From Candidatus Omnitrophota bacterium (lineage in GTDB: Bacteria > Omnitrophota > Gorgyraeia > Pluralincolimonadales > Pluralincolimonadaceae), in assembly GCA_003141835.1 (NCBI GenBank), contig PLNR01000010.1, positions 3,768-67,767 on the forward strand: a stretch of 64,000 bases of DNA, written 5' to 3'. The notes beneath the pieces are model-generated. The model did no database searches, was not told where the DNA came from, and saw only the letters and a program-made list of their open reading frames with translations. Below are positions 9,977-18,992 of this stretch, piece after piece; positions within the stretch are counted from its first letter, which is position 1, and every line of letters starts with the position of its first letter. Made by a program: the position numbers and the translations under genes.

Positions 9977-10805
9977 CCTTTTTATTTCGGCCTTATCCGT
10001 TTCTTTGTGCCTGTGCGGATGCGCCACGACATCCTATGATCCGGGATACGAGAACGGATTCATAAAAACTCTTATCCCCGGGCGTAATTTCACCCTTCTT
10101 TCGTATACCAGGATCAAAGAAACAGGTAAGCCGCTTGTAATTTACATCGAAGGGGATGGATTGGCATGGAAATCCCGTTCCCGTGTCTCTTCCGACCCCA
10201 CCCCAACGGACCCTCTCGTTATGCGTCTCACCGCCTTGGATCCTTCGCCGAATGTCGCGTACCTTGCCCGTCCGGGACAATATCCTTCCCTGGGAGCGTC
10301 CCGATGCGACCCGAAATACTGGACAGGAAGTCGGTTCTCGCGGGAAGTTATAGAAAATATGGATACGGCTGTCAGCCGGTTGCGCGAAAAAGCCAAGGCG
10401 CCGTCGGTGTCGCTAGTCGGTTATTCCGGGGGAGCCGCTGTTGCGGTCCTTATTTCAGCGAGGCGCGATGACATTACGGGCCTGCGCACTATCGCCGGGA
10501 ATCTTGATTGCGATGCCGTCAGCAGATGGAATGAAGTAAGTCCGCTCAAAGATTCGTTGAATCCTATTGATGTTGCGGCCAAGATCAGCGCTGTCCCCCA
10601 GCGCCACTTTATTGCGTCCGGCGACAAAGTCGTCCCTTCCTACGTCGCAGAATCATTTGCCGGGAATTGCGGCGATGAAAAATATAAGAGCATCACGACA
10701 GTCAAGGGCGCTACGCATTATTCAGGATGGGAAGATAAATGGGCCGGCCTGCTCAAGGTCCCGTTATATGATAAAAACGAGGCGCTGCTTCCCGAAACTC
10801 CTTGA
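9900..10805 (+). CDS. Lipoprotein alpha/beta-hydrolase (esterase/lipase-like, GYSGG nucleophile elbow)
   Basis: Lipobox L-C-G-C after a hydrophobic stretch. GxSxG motif VGYSGGAAV. The predicted start overlaps the autotransporter 3' end by 77 nt, so the start is uncertain. Confidence 0.6.
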   Translation: MPTTTSNTNRTLPPIRVGLISGTSFSLFISALSVSLCLCGCATTSYDPGYENGFIKTLIPGRNFTLLSYTRIKETGKPLVIYIEGDGLAWKSRSRVSSDPTPTDPLVMRLTALDPSPNVAYLARPGQYPSLGASRCDPKYWTGSRFSREVIENMDTAVSRLREKAKAPSVSLVGYSGGAAVAVLISARRDDITGLRTIAGNLDCDAVSRWNEVSPLKDSLNPIDVAAKISAVPQRHFIASGDKVVPSYVAESFAGNCGDEKYKSITTVKGATHYSGWEDKWAGLLKVPLYDKNEALLPETP

Positions 10806-10830
10806 TATAGTAAGACATTACCTCTATAAT
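10802..10830 (+). promoter_or_regulatory. Promoter cassette variant: TTGATA-17-TATAAT, 9 nt before ATG 10840
   Basis: TTGATA 10802-10807, spacer TAGTAAGACATTACCTC, TATAAT 10825-10830. Related to the cassette at 345-388. Confidence 0.55.
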
Positions 10831-10839
10831 AATAAAATT

Positions 10840-11586
10840 ATGAAAACCCTAAAAGCGATAATGCTACCGGTTTTAGCCTGCTTATTTGTTTTTATAATAT
10901 GCCTAAGTTCCTATGCGGACGATGGGCAAGACCTGATAAATGCCGCCCAGACAGGTAATATCCTGGCTGTCAAAGCGCTTCTCGCCAAAGGCGCAGATGT
11001 AAATGCGAAAACTAAGTATGGCATGACCGCCTTGATGGCGGCATCGGAAGAAGGACACCTCGATATAGTACAGGCGCTCATCGCCAAAGGCGCTGACGTT
11101 AATTCGAAAACTAACGATGGCGGGACCGCCTTGATGCGGGCCGGGCGTCTCGATGTAGTACAGGAACTTCTTGTCAAGGGCGCAGACGTGAACGCGAAAG
11201 CCAAGTATGGCATAACCGCTTTAATGCAGGCATCTTCAGCCGGCCACCTCGATATAGTACAGGCGCTCATCGCCAAAGGCGCTGACGTTAATGCGAAGAC
11301 TAACGATGGCATGGCCGCTTTAATGCAGGCATCTTCAGCCGGCCACCTCGATATAGTACAGGCGCTCATCGCCAAAGGCGCTGACGTGGGCGCGAAGGCT
11401 AACGATGGCTGGACCGCCTTGATGGCGGCATCGGAAGAAGGACATCTTGATATAGCACAAACTCTCCTTGCCAAAGGCGCAGACGTTAATGCGAAGACTA
11501 ACGATGGCGGGACCGCATTAAGCGCAGCTAAAAGAAACGGGCATAATGAAATAGCCTGGGTGCTTATCAACAGCGGGGCAAGGTAG
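10840..11586 (+). CDS. Secreted or membrane-anchored ankyrin-repeat protein (about 7 ANK repeats)
   Basis: N-terminal hydrophobic signal/anchor. Repeated 33-aa units GxTALMxASxxGHLDIVQALIAKGADVNAKT. The start is taken at the ATG after the promoter rather than the upstream in-frame ATG at 10567. Confidence 0.85.
   Translation: MKTLKAIMLPVLACLFVFIICLSSYADDGQDLINAAQTGNILAVKALLAKGADVNAKTKYGMTALMAASEEGHLDIVQALIAKGADVNSKTNDGGTALMRAGRLDVVQELLVKGADVNAKAKYGITALMQASSAGHLDIVQALIAKGADVNAKTNDGMAALMQASSAGHLDIVQALIAKGADVGAKANDGWTALMAASEEGHLDIAQTLLAKGADVNAKTNDGGTALSAAKRNGHNEIAWVLINSGAR
10924..11577 (+). repeat. Tandem 99-bp DNA repeats encoding the ANK units; some copies are identical over at least 60 bp
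   Basis: The string ttaatgcaggcatcttcagccggccacctcgatatagtacaggcgctcatcgccaaaggcgctgacgt occurs twice, at about 11221 and 11320. Confidence 0.8.
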
Positions 11587-11620
11587 TAAAATATTACTAA
11601 TAAATAACAAGTCTGTTTAC

Positions 11621-11649
11621 TTGACAAATGTGTGATTAGGGCGTAAACT
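11621..11649 (+). promoter_or_regulatory. Putative promoter TTGACA-17-TAAACT with an approximately 65-nt leader
   Basis: TTGACA 11621-11626. The leader ends with a GGGGGG RBS before the GTG at 11716. Confidence 0.35.
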
Positions 11650-11715
11650 TTTATAGATTATCTGCCCTAGTGGGCAAAGTAACGGACGAACACAAAACGA
11701 AGGGGGGTTAAGTAA

Positions 11716-12333
11716 GTGAAGAAGTTATTCTTTCTCGGGTTAGTCGCGGTATCAGCCCTGTTTTTATCTCCTGCAGCGAACGCCGCTAATGAAGATATGC
11801 CGAAAGCCCTGTCTATGGGGGCCGAAGGTACTTTGACAGTCGCAGATTTTAACAGTTGGGATGACACTAACAACTTGGGCGGCGCGTTCGGCGGCTGGGC
11901 CAAAAACCCGGACGATCCTACCCAGCAGTGCCTGATAGAGATCACGGATGAGGATAAGGTGGGGGATAAGGGTAATTCGCTGAAGTTAAACTACCGGGTC
12001 GATTCCCCAACGCCGGCTTATAACGGTTTCTGGATGAAGCTCCAAGACAGCGATTTTTCACCTTACAGGTATTTAGTCATATCAGTCAAAGGTGTCGCGG
12101 ACGCGGGTTTTACGCCCCGCTTTAAGATCGAGATCAAGAACAAGCAAAAAGAAGCCGGGCACTATATCCTTACCGGCATAACGGATAAGTGGCAGCAGTT
12201 CGTAATCCCGCTGAAGGATTTCGGTCTTTCCGATATGCAGCAGATGAACGAATTTGTTATCGTCTTCGACGACATACGCTGCAGGCCGAAGGTGGGTTCT
12301 ATCTATATCGATGACATTTACGTTTCGAAGTAG
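11716..12333 (+). CDS. Secreted standalone CBM-like beta-sandwich domain protein
   Basis: Signal peptide with AANA cleavage site. The domain is paralogous to the N-terminus of the next gene and to 58525..59160. Conserved C-terminal motif xxIYIDDIxV. GTG start after a strong RBS. Confidence 0.6.
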   Translation: MKKLFFLGLVAVSALFLSPAANAANEDMPKALSMGAEGTLTVADFNSWDDTNNLGGAFGGWAKNPDDPTQQCLIEITDEDKVGDKGNSLKLNYRVDSPTPAYNGFWMKLQDSDFSPYRYLVISVKGVADAGFTPRFKIEIKNKQKEAGHYILTGITDKWQQFVIPLKDFGLSDMQQMNEFVIVFDDIRCRPKVGSIYIDDIYVSK

Positions 12334-15300
12334 CGCGTCTTATGCCGCCGTCCTGCTGGCATTAAGTTTCGCGGTCCAAACCGGCCTTCCGGCGAAGGAA
12401 AGCCAAAGCATCACACTCCTTGTTGATGACTTTGAGGCGAAGAAGGACAAAAACCTGCTTGACGGCATGTCTTCCGCATGGGCCGGTAATCCGAATGACC
12501 CCAGCGCCGCTTGCACCGCGTCTTTTGTTGATCTCATCCGTGATGGCGGGAACACGAGCGTCCTGAAACTTAAGTACGGCCTGGCCGATCCCAAGTATAT
12601 CACCTATTACTACAGCGAAACCCAGGCGCGGTATAAGCTCAATCCCAAAGCCATCGACCCGCTCGCCCTTTCCGAAACCAAGGCTCGCACGAAAGCGATC
12701 GACGTGCAGGCCTTGCGGTATTACCAGAACAAGCTGCAGCAAGGGTACGCCGCCGCCAAAGCCGCGTCCAAAGCCGCGGATAAGAAAAAACTCTTGGCCT
12801 CATCCGTCTATTCGAGGTACATCCCCGGCTCAAGTAATCTCGACTACAGCAGGTATTATAAGAAGCCGGATTATTCAAAATATATTCCCGGTCCCAAAGC
12901 CGTAGATTACAGCAAATATTACACCAAGCCCTATTACAGTAGGTCTACCTCCGCCAGCGATATTGACTACAGTAAATATTACATCAAACCTGACTACTCA
13001 AAGTATATCAAGACTTCCGGCAACGTTGATTACAGCAAATACTATGCCAAGCAGGTCGGACCGGACGGCCGCGCGAAACAGTACGTCGGGCTGAAATTCC
13101 GGCTCGGCGGCGACGTCGACTACAACGGATATTACACCAAGCTAAACGGCCTCGACCTCCGCCCGTATCAGTATCTCACTTTCTGGGTCAAGCGCGGCGA
13201 AGGGACTTATCCCGACTCATTCAAGATCGAGCTTAAATGCGGCCCGTACCTCGCCGCCCACCGTTATCGTATTCCTACGTCCGCGGACCAATGGATCTAT
13301 GCAAAGATCCCGTTGGCCGACTTCACGAATTTCGACAGCGAGAAATGGGACCGGTCCAGTGAAATGACTTTTGTATTCGAAGGCGGACAGACCAGGCCTG
13401 TCTCCGGCGTCCTTTATCTGGATGATATCGGCTTTTCTGCGGACACGGAATACTTCCAGCGCGAGAAGGCGCTGGTCGCAGAGGACACCGAAAAGACACG
13501 GGAAGAGATGCGCCGGATCGCTGCCCTGCCGGAAGACGAGCTGCTCGACCTTATTGAACGTAAGACATTCGATTATTTCTGGCTTGAGGCAAGCCCGAGC
13601 ACGGGTTTGACAAAGGACAGGAGCATGGTCTACGGCGCGGCCAGCACAGGCGCGGCCGGTTTCGGGTTGACCGCGATGTGCATCGGCGCGGAACGGAAAT
13701 GGATCACCCAGAAGGAAGCCTACGACCGGGTCTATAAGACCTTGAAAGCGCTCAGGGATATCGTCGCCAAGGAACACGGGTTCTTCTGTCACTGGATCAA
13801 TGGCCGCACGGGAGAGCGCGACGGAAAGTCGGAGTATAGTTCTGTAGATACGGCGCTGCTCATCGGAGGAGTCCTGACGGCCCGGGAATATTTTTCCCAG
13901 CCGGAAATAAAACAGCTGGCGGATGAGATCTACCAGGATTTGGACTGGCCGTGGATGCTGGACGGCAGCCCGGAAACCGGCCTTTTATCGATGGGATGGG
14001 ACCCTGAAAAGGGGTTCACCGGATATATCAAGTGGGATATGTTCGCCGAAGACATGATGATGTACCTATTGGCTATCGGCTCGCCCACCCATCCGCTTCC
14101 CGCGAAGTCGTGGGACGCCTTCAGGCGCCCCGTAAAGGAGTACGCCGGCCAGACCTATATCTTTCACGAAGGCGAATCGATGTTTGTTTATACCTATTCC
14201 CAGGCGTGGGTGGATTTCCGGGATAAACACGACGCTTACGCCGATTACTGGAAGAATTCGGTCGCGGCTATCACGGCGAATTATGAGCGTTGTAAAGAGA
14301 ATGCCAGTAACTTCAGGACATACAAGGAAGGTTACTGGGGGATCTCGGCCTCGGACGGGCCGGACGGGTATTCCGCTTTCGGGGCTACGGCCATACTCGG
14401 CATGCATAACGGCACTATACCGCCCTATTCCCTTTGCGCGGCCGTTCCTTTTGTGCCCCAGCTAGCTATCCCGGCTATCCGCTCGCTCTTGGCGAATTAC
14501 GGCGACAGGGTCTGGGGCAGATACGGGTTCGTGAGCGCTTTCAACCTGGACCGGAACTGGTTCTCGACCGAATATATCGGGATCGACGAAGGAGATATCC
14601 TTTTGATGCTGGAGAATTACCGCACCGGTTTCGTCTGGAAGACGTTCATGAAGAACCCATATATCAATCGGGGGATGGAGGTGGCGGGATTCCAGCCGGG
14701 CACAAAGGAGCTGGATGTGGCGTTACTGAAGAAACTGGAAGACGAACGCGCAAAAGAACTTGAGAAGGCAGGCGGTAGCGCCACGAAGAAGTTTACGATA
14801 GCCCGCTCCAAAAATAAGATCGATGTTGACGGGACGCTGCAGCAATGGGACAAGAATAAATTCGAAAAGTACGATATTGAGAAAGACCTGGAATCCGGGA
14901 AGATCTCAGGCCCGGCGGAGCTGTCCGGAGCCTTCGGTTTCCAATGGGATGACGAGAACCTTTATTTCGCCATTGACGTGACGGACGGTGGTGAGATCGT
15001 TGCCAAGGAGAAACAGAAGGAGATCTATAAAGGCGATTGCGTTGAGATCTATCTGGATTTCATGACGCAAGGAAAAAATTTCATCTGGGGCGACAAGAAG
15101 AACTTCCAGATAGGCTTGGCGCCGGACTGCGCGACCGGCGGCCCTGCCGCGTATGCGTGGTTCCAGGATACTGACCCGAAGGATAACGTCAAGCTGGCCG
15201 TCAAAAAGACCGAGAAAGGTTATCGCATGGAGGCGGCCATCAAGTGGTCGTTCTTGAACCAGAAACCGCAGCCGGGCATGGTATTCGGGCTTTCGGTCGC

Positions 15301-15400
15301 TCTTCACGATCTTGGCGGCGGTAAGGAAAAGAAGCTGAACTGGTACTTCAAACAACAGCCGGGAAGGATCAGGTTAGGAGAAGCCGCTCTCGGCGAATAG
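12311..15400 (+). CDS. Large secreted multidomain protein: N-terminal CBM-like domain, Tyr-rich repeats, (alpha/alpha)6 toroid glycoside-hydrolase-like core (putative glucoamylase/GH144-like), C-terminal CBM9-like domain
   Basis: Signal peptide MTFTFRSSASYAAVLLALSFAV. The N-terminal domain aligns by eye with the 11716 gene (GVLYLDDIGFS). The central region has an FDYFWLEASPSTGL...AGFGLTAMCIG pattern consistent with alpha/alpha toroid GH families. The C-terminal DG.LQQWD...FGFQWDDENLYFAIDV segment matches a CBM9-like domain. Confidence 0.5.
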   Translation: MTFTFRSSASYAAVLLALSFAVQTGLPAKESQSITLLVDDFEAKKDKNLLDGMSSAWAGNPNDPSAACTASFVDLIRDGGNTSVLKLKYGLADPKYITYYYSETQARYKLNPKAIDPLALSETKARTKAIDVQALRYYQNKLQQGYAAAKAASKAADKKKLLASSVYSRYIPGSSNLDYSRYYKKPDYSKYIPGPKAVDYSKYYTKPYYSRSTSASDIDYSKYYIKPDYSKYIKTSGNVDYSKYYAKQVGPDGRAKQYVGLKFRLGGDVDYNGYYTKLNGLDLRPYQYLTFWVKRGEGTYPDSFKIELKCGPYLAAHRYRIPTSADQWIYAKIPLADFTNFDSEKWDRSSEMTFVFEGGQTRPVSGVLYLDDIGFSADTEYFQREKALVAEDTEKTREEMRRIAALPEDELLDLIERKTFDYFWLEASPSTGLTKDRSMVYGAASTGAAGFGLTAMCIGAERKWITQKEAYDRVYKTLKALRDIVAKEHGFFCHWINGRTGERDGKSEYSSVDTALLIGGVLTAREYFSQPEIKQLADEIYQDLDWPWMLDGSPETGLLSMGWDPEKGFTGYIKWDMFAEDMMMYLLAIGSPTHPLPAKSWDAFRRPVKEYAGQTYIFHEGESMFVYTYSQAWVDFRDKHDAYADYWKNSVAAITANYERCKENASNFRTYKEGYWGISASDGPDGYSAFGATAILGMHNGTIPPYSLCAAVPFVPQLAIPAIRSLLANYGDRVWGRYGFVSAFNLDRNWFSTEYIGIDEGDILLMLENYRTGFVWKTFMKNPYINRGMEVAGFQPGTKELDVALLKKLEDERAKELEKAGGSATKKFTIARSKNKIDVDGTLQQWDKNKFEKYDIEKDLESGKISGPAELSGAFGFQWDDENLYFAIDVTDGGEIVAKEKQKEIYKGDCVEIYLDFMTQGKNFIWGDKKNFQIGLAPDCATGGPAAYAWFQDTDPKDNVKLAVKKTEKGYRMEAAIKWSFLNQKPQPGMVFGLSVALHDLGGGKEKKLNWYFKQQPGRIRLGEAALGE
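12800..13060 (+). repeat. In-frame tandem repeat of about 14-15 codons encoding (V/I)DYSKYYxKPDYSKYI
   Basis: The protein segment YSRYIPGSSNLDYSRYYKKPDYSKYIPGPKAVDYSKYYTKPYYSRSTSASDIDYSKYYIKPDYSKYIKTSGNVDYSKYYAKQ. Confidence 0.8.
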
Positions 15401-15437
15401 ATAAACAAAGTTGCAAATTCCTCTGTAATGGCACCTT

Positions 15438-15480
15438 CCCCAAAATTCCTTGATATAATAAGATATTACCTTTATAATAA
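15438..15480 (+). promoter_or_regulatory. Promoter cassette copy 2 (CCCCAAAATTCC-TTGATA-17-TATAAT), here followed by an SD-led 27-nt leader
   Basis: TTGATA 15450-15455, spacer TAATAAGATATTACCTT, TATAAT 15473-15478. Only 2 mismatches over about 44 bp relative to copy 1. Confidence 0.6.
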
Positions 15481-15505
15481 AATCAGGTAAACAAGAAAGG
15501 AAAAG

Positions 15506-15886
15506 ATGAAGAAGACTAAGAAGATCGATTGCTTGAAATGCAAAGAGCAGCATGCCTGCTGTGATTTCGGGGCATGGGTGGACCTGGAGCTGGCTAAAAA
15601 AATATTATCCCTTAAATTAAAAGGGGATTTTTTCCATCTTGAGAAGGACAAGGATTTTCCCTCCGGGTATAAAGTCGGGACGAGCATTGAAGATGAGCGC
15701 TGCTCTTTCATTACGCCGGACGGGTTATGCTCCATCCACAAAGTGAACTATAGTTTGAAGCCGGCCCATTGCAAGGAATTCCCGTATGAAAAAGGGAAAT
15801 TATCGCCGTACGCAGACGTGTTGTGCGTGCGGGTAAAATCAAAAAAGAAAGAAAAGGCAAAAGGAGGGAATGTTGGCAAGAGATAA
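15506..15886 (+). CDS. YkgJ/UPF0153-family Cys-rich putative Fe-S/zinc-chelating protein with a Lys-rich tail
   Basis: CxxCx5CC at the N-terminus. CSFITPDGLCSIHKVNYSLKPAHCKEFPY resembles the YkgJ core CRF...C.IY..RP..CREFP. RBS GAAAGGAAAAG. Confidence 0.6.
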   Translation: MKKTKKIDCLKCKEQHACCDFGAWVDLELAKKILSLKLKGDFFHLEKDKDFPSGYKVGTSIEDERCSFITPDGLCSIHKVNYSLKPAHCKEFPYEKGKLSPYADVLCVRVKSKKKEKAKGGNVGKR

Positions 15887-16097
15887 TTACTCGTTTAAAA
15901 AATACCAGAGAGAAATGGCGAATAAAAAGAAGAAAGAAGAAAAAAACCAACGCAAGCTGGAAAAAAAGAATTCGCAGGACAAAACTGAGCCCGAGAAGGC
16001 CCCGGACGGGGAAACCCCCGTAGTATAAGGTTCCTCCGGCAACGGCAGTGAGCCGTATTTATGCCCCAAGAGGGGTATTTTATGTTATAATATCCCC

Positions 16098-17543
16098 GTG
16101 AAATACAAGCACGCCTTGTTCCTGAATCCCTATATCGAAAGCAGCAATACAAGCGTCATGAAACTCTTCCCGCCGACCGGCCTTGAGTACGTCGCGAGCA
16201 GCGCCGAAGGTCTTGTCGAGAAACTGACGCTCATCGATCTTAGGTACGAAAAAGAGCTCTCCGATCCGGCGAAGCTGCTGGATTTTATAGCAAAAGAGAT
16301 CGATATCGTCTGCGTAAGTATCGGCTGGGACCGCCAGTTCAAGGAGATATGCGAGCTCCTTAACCGTTTCCCGGCCAATATACCAGTGGTCGTCGGAGGG
16401 TATAAGGCGACGGAGATGGCGGATGAGTTTTTCAAGATCTGCCCGAATGTCACTATTGTCGTCCGCGGGGAAGGGGAGGCGACGATACGGGAGATACTCA
16501 AAGGCCTGCCCCTGAAAGACATCCTCGGCATCTCTTACGCGGAAAAAGGCGTCGTGGTCCATAATAAGAACAGGCCCCTGCTCAACATAGAGGATATGCC
16601 TGCCCCGCGCCGCTCTTTAAGGAATAATAAATACAGCCTGGCAGTGAACGGGATCGAGATGATGAACCTGACGTTTGATTCGATCCTATCCGCGAGGGGT
16701 TGCCCCCACAACTGCAAATTCTGCACGTTCAACCTGAACCCCCTCGGCCAAAAGAGGACTTATACGGCGCGCAGCGTCGACTCGGTGATCAGGGAGCTGG
16801 AAGGGATAACCGCCAAGATAGTACTATTCAGCGACGATAACCTTTTTGCCGACGCCGGCAGGGCGGAAAAGATATGCGACGAGATAATAAAGCGCAAGAT
16901 AAAGAAGCGTTTTATCGCACAGGCCCGGATCGAGTTATTCAAGCACCCCCGCCTGCTGGGGAAGATGGTAAAGGCGGGATTTAAGGCGTTGCTGGTCGGC
17001 ATAGAGTCCCCGCACGACCGTATATTGACGCAGCTGAACAAGGGTTTTGATTCCGCCACGGTCAGGGAGGCGTTCAAGGTACTGACAAAATACCCGATCT
17101 TTTATAACGGTTATTTCATCTACGGCAATATAGGCGAGAGTAAAGAAGAGATGCTCTACATACCCGAATTTGCCAAAGAGATAGGGCTGGATTTTATCTC
17201 CTGCAACAAGCTCAGGATAGAGAAGTATTCCCCTATGAGGGAACTGGCCGAGAAGACGCAGGGTTACCATATTACCGAAAAGGGAGAGCTATATTCCGAT
17301 ACATACGACTATCCGGCGCTAAAGAAGATAGGCAGGACGATAAAGTTCTCTTTCTACACACCGCAGCGCTATTTTAAGATATTCTTTAAGGGTGCTTTTC
17401 AAAACAGGGTTTTAACCATCGGAGAGGTAGTTTCGTTCATTTGCGTAATGCCCCGCCTGCTTGCCGGCGTCTTCGCGAGGGAGATAAAAAGGGGCAGGCT
17501 GATGGATTCGCTTAAAAGGACATTCATAGTTAACAGGGCTTGA
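16098..17543 (+). CDS. B12-binding domain radical SAM protein (class B rSAM)
   Basis: N-terminal ALFLNPY...PPTGLEYV B12-domain pattern. CPHNCKFCTF CxxxCxxC motif. Start is uncertain: GTG 16098 sits 6 nt after a TGtTATAAT extended -10, and the next ATG is at 16158. Confidence 0.75.
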   Translation: MKYKHALFLNPYIESSNTSVMKLFPPTGLEYVASSAEGLVEKLTLIDLRYEKELSDPAKLLDFIAKEIDIVCVSIGWDRQFKEICELLNRFPANIPVVVGGYKATEMADEFFKICPNVTIVVRGEGEATIREILKGLPLKDILGISYAEKGVVVHNKNRPLLNIEDMPAPRRSLRNNKYSLAVNGIEMMNLTFDSILSARGCPHNCKFCTFNLNPLGQKRTYTARSVDSVIRELEGITAKIVLFSDDNLFADAGRAEKICDEIIKRKIKKRFIAQARIELFKHPRLLGKMVKAGFKALLVGIESPHDRILTQLNKGFDSATVREAFKVLTKYPIFYNGYFIYGNIGESKEEMLYIPEFAKEIGLDFISCNKLRIEKYSPMRELAEKTQGYHITEKGELYSDTYDYPALKKIGRTIKFSFYTPQRYFKIFFKGAFQNRVLTIGEVVSFICVMPRLLAGVFAREIKRGRLMDSLKRTFIVNRA

Positions 17544-17708
17544 TCAACCATAAGGAGTAAATATCAAAAAAGTAAGGACTTCGTCTAAAGGCAGGAAATG
17601 CAAATACCTGCATTGTAAACAGATCTTAAGCATCTATAACCATGAGGGTTATTGCCATGTCCACCTCGGACAGGTGCCTCAAGAGCAGAGGGCAAAGGTT
17701 TAAAAGCC

Positions 17709-18953
17709 ATGATGACACATAAAATAAGCAATAATAATGATAACCTGCCGCAGCCGGTAAAAAACAGTTCCGACGGTTTTTACGGCCTGGGCATCGCGCC
17801 CAAGATACTCGATATCCTGGAAAAGATCAAGTTCAAGGTGCCGACGCCTATCCAGCTGAAAGCTATCCCGATAGCGATACAGGGCAAAGATATAGTCGGC
17901 GTCGCCCAGACCGGCACCGGCAAGACCCATTCATTCGCCATACCGATGGTGCAGATCCTCGCGCAGAAGAAGGGGTCCGGGCTGGTGCTGGCGCCTACCA
18001 GGGAACTGGCCCTGCAGATAGACGAGGCCTTCCAGGCGATAGTTCGCCCGTTCGGGATGCGGACGGCATGCCTCATAGGAGGAGCTTCCATGCACGAGCA
18101 GATACAGGCCCTGCGCAGGAGCCCGCGCATTATCATCGCTACGCCGGGCAGGCTAATCGACCATGTCGAGCAGCGCTACGTAACGCTCGGCGGGGTCGCG
18201 ATGCTGGTACTCGACGAGGCTGATCGCATGCTGGATATGGGATTCGCGCCGCAGGTCGATAAGATACTGCGTTTCGTCCCGAAAGATAGGCAGACGATGC
18301 TCTTTTCCGCGACCATCCCGAGGGAAGTCATGGCAATAGCTTCCAAATACATGAAACTCCCCATGAGCATAGAGATCGCCCCTTCAGGGACAATGGCGGA
18401 GCACGTTACCCAGGAGTTGTTCGTCGTCAGGAAAGACGCGAAATCTCAGCTTCTCCGCAAACTGCTCGCGCAATATCACGGAGCGGTGTTGTTATTCTCC
18501 CGTACCAAGCATAACGCGAAGAAGATCGCGCACTCGATAAGGGATATGGGGTATACCGCGGCAGAAATGCATTCGGACCGCTCATTGGGCCAGCGCCGCG
18601 AAGCGCTCGGCGGGTTCAAGTCCGGAAAATATAAGGTGCTAGTCGCTACCGATATAGCCGCTAGGGGAATAGACGTGACCGGGATCGAGCTGGTCATCAA
18701 TTATGACCTGCCTGATGACGCGCAGAACTACGTGCACCGCATCGGCCGCACGGGCCGGGCGGGCCATAAAGGGCACGCGATCTCATTCGCCACTCCGGAC
18801 CAGAGCAGTGATGTCCGGAGCATCGAAAAGCTGATCAGGGTTTCGCTTCCTATCGCGAAGCATCCGGAGATCCCACAGGAGCAGTTCGACAAATCTTCAG
18901 GCCTGGGGAGATCATATCATTTCGCGCCGAGGCGCCGCCACGGCCGCAGGTGA
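17709..18953 (+). CDS. DEAD-box ATP-dependent RNA helicase (RhlE/DeaD-like) with a basic C-terminal tail
   Basis: Q-motif, AQTGTGKT, DEAD, SAT and HRIGRTGRAG motifs. Start taken at ATG 17709 after a GAGGGCAAAGG RBS. A roughly 165-nt upstream leader contains hairpins. Confidence 0.85.
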   Translation: MMTHKISNNNDNLPQPVKNSSDGFYGLGIAPKILDILEKIKFKVPTPIQLKAIPIAIQGKDIVGVAQTGTGKTHSFAIPMVQILAQKKGSGLVLAPTRELALQIDEAFQAIVRPFGMRTACLIGGASMHEQIQALRRSPRIIIATPGRLIDHVEQRYVTLGGVAMLVLDEADRMLDMGFAPQVDKILRFVPKDRQTMLFSATIPREVMAIASKYMKLPMSIEIAPSGTMAEHVTQELFVVRKDAKSQLLRKLLAQYHGAVLLFSRTKHNAKKIAHSIRDMGYTAAEMHSDRSLGQRREALGGFKSGKYKVLVATDIAARGIDVTGIELVINYDLPDDAQNYVHRIGRTGRAGHKGHAISFATPDQSSDVRSIEKLIRVSLPIAKHPEIPQEQFDKSSGLGRSYHFAPRRRHGRR

Positions 18954-18992
18954 TCACAGTTGCCGGCTGAACACAGGAGAACCCGACCCCCC

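Noticed and set aside
10567-10839. Upstream in-frame extension of the ankyrin ORF
   Set aside because: It overlaps the preceding lipoprotein gene by 240 nt. The promoter cassette and a signal-peptide start at 10840 explain the gene better.
10911-11627. 238-aa ORF on the minus strand
   Set aside because: Antisense to the ankyrin-repeat gene. The open frame is an artefact of the repetitive GC-rich ANK codons. No RBS or independent signals.
15823-16023. 66-aa Lys/Arg-rich ORF in the +1 frame of the A-rich region
   Set aside because: Its composition follows directly from the poly-A-rich DNA. It overlaps the 3' end of the YkgJ-like gene. The shorter 37-codon ORF with its own ATG is reported as a finding instead.
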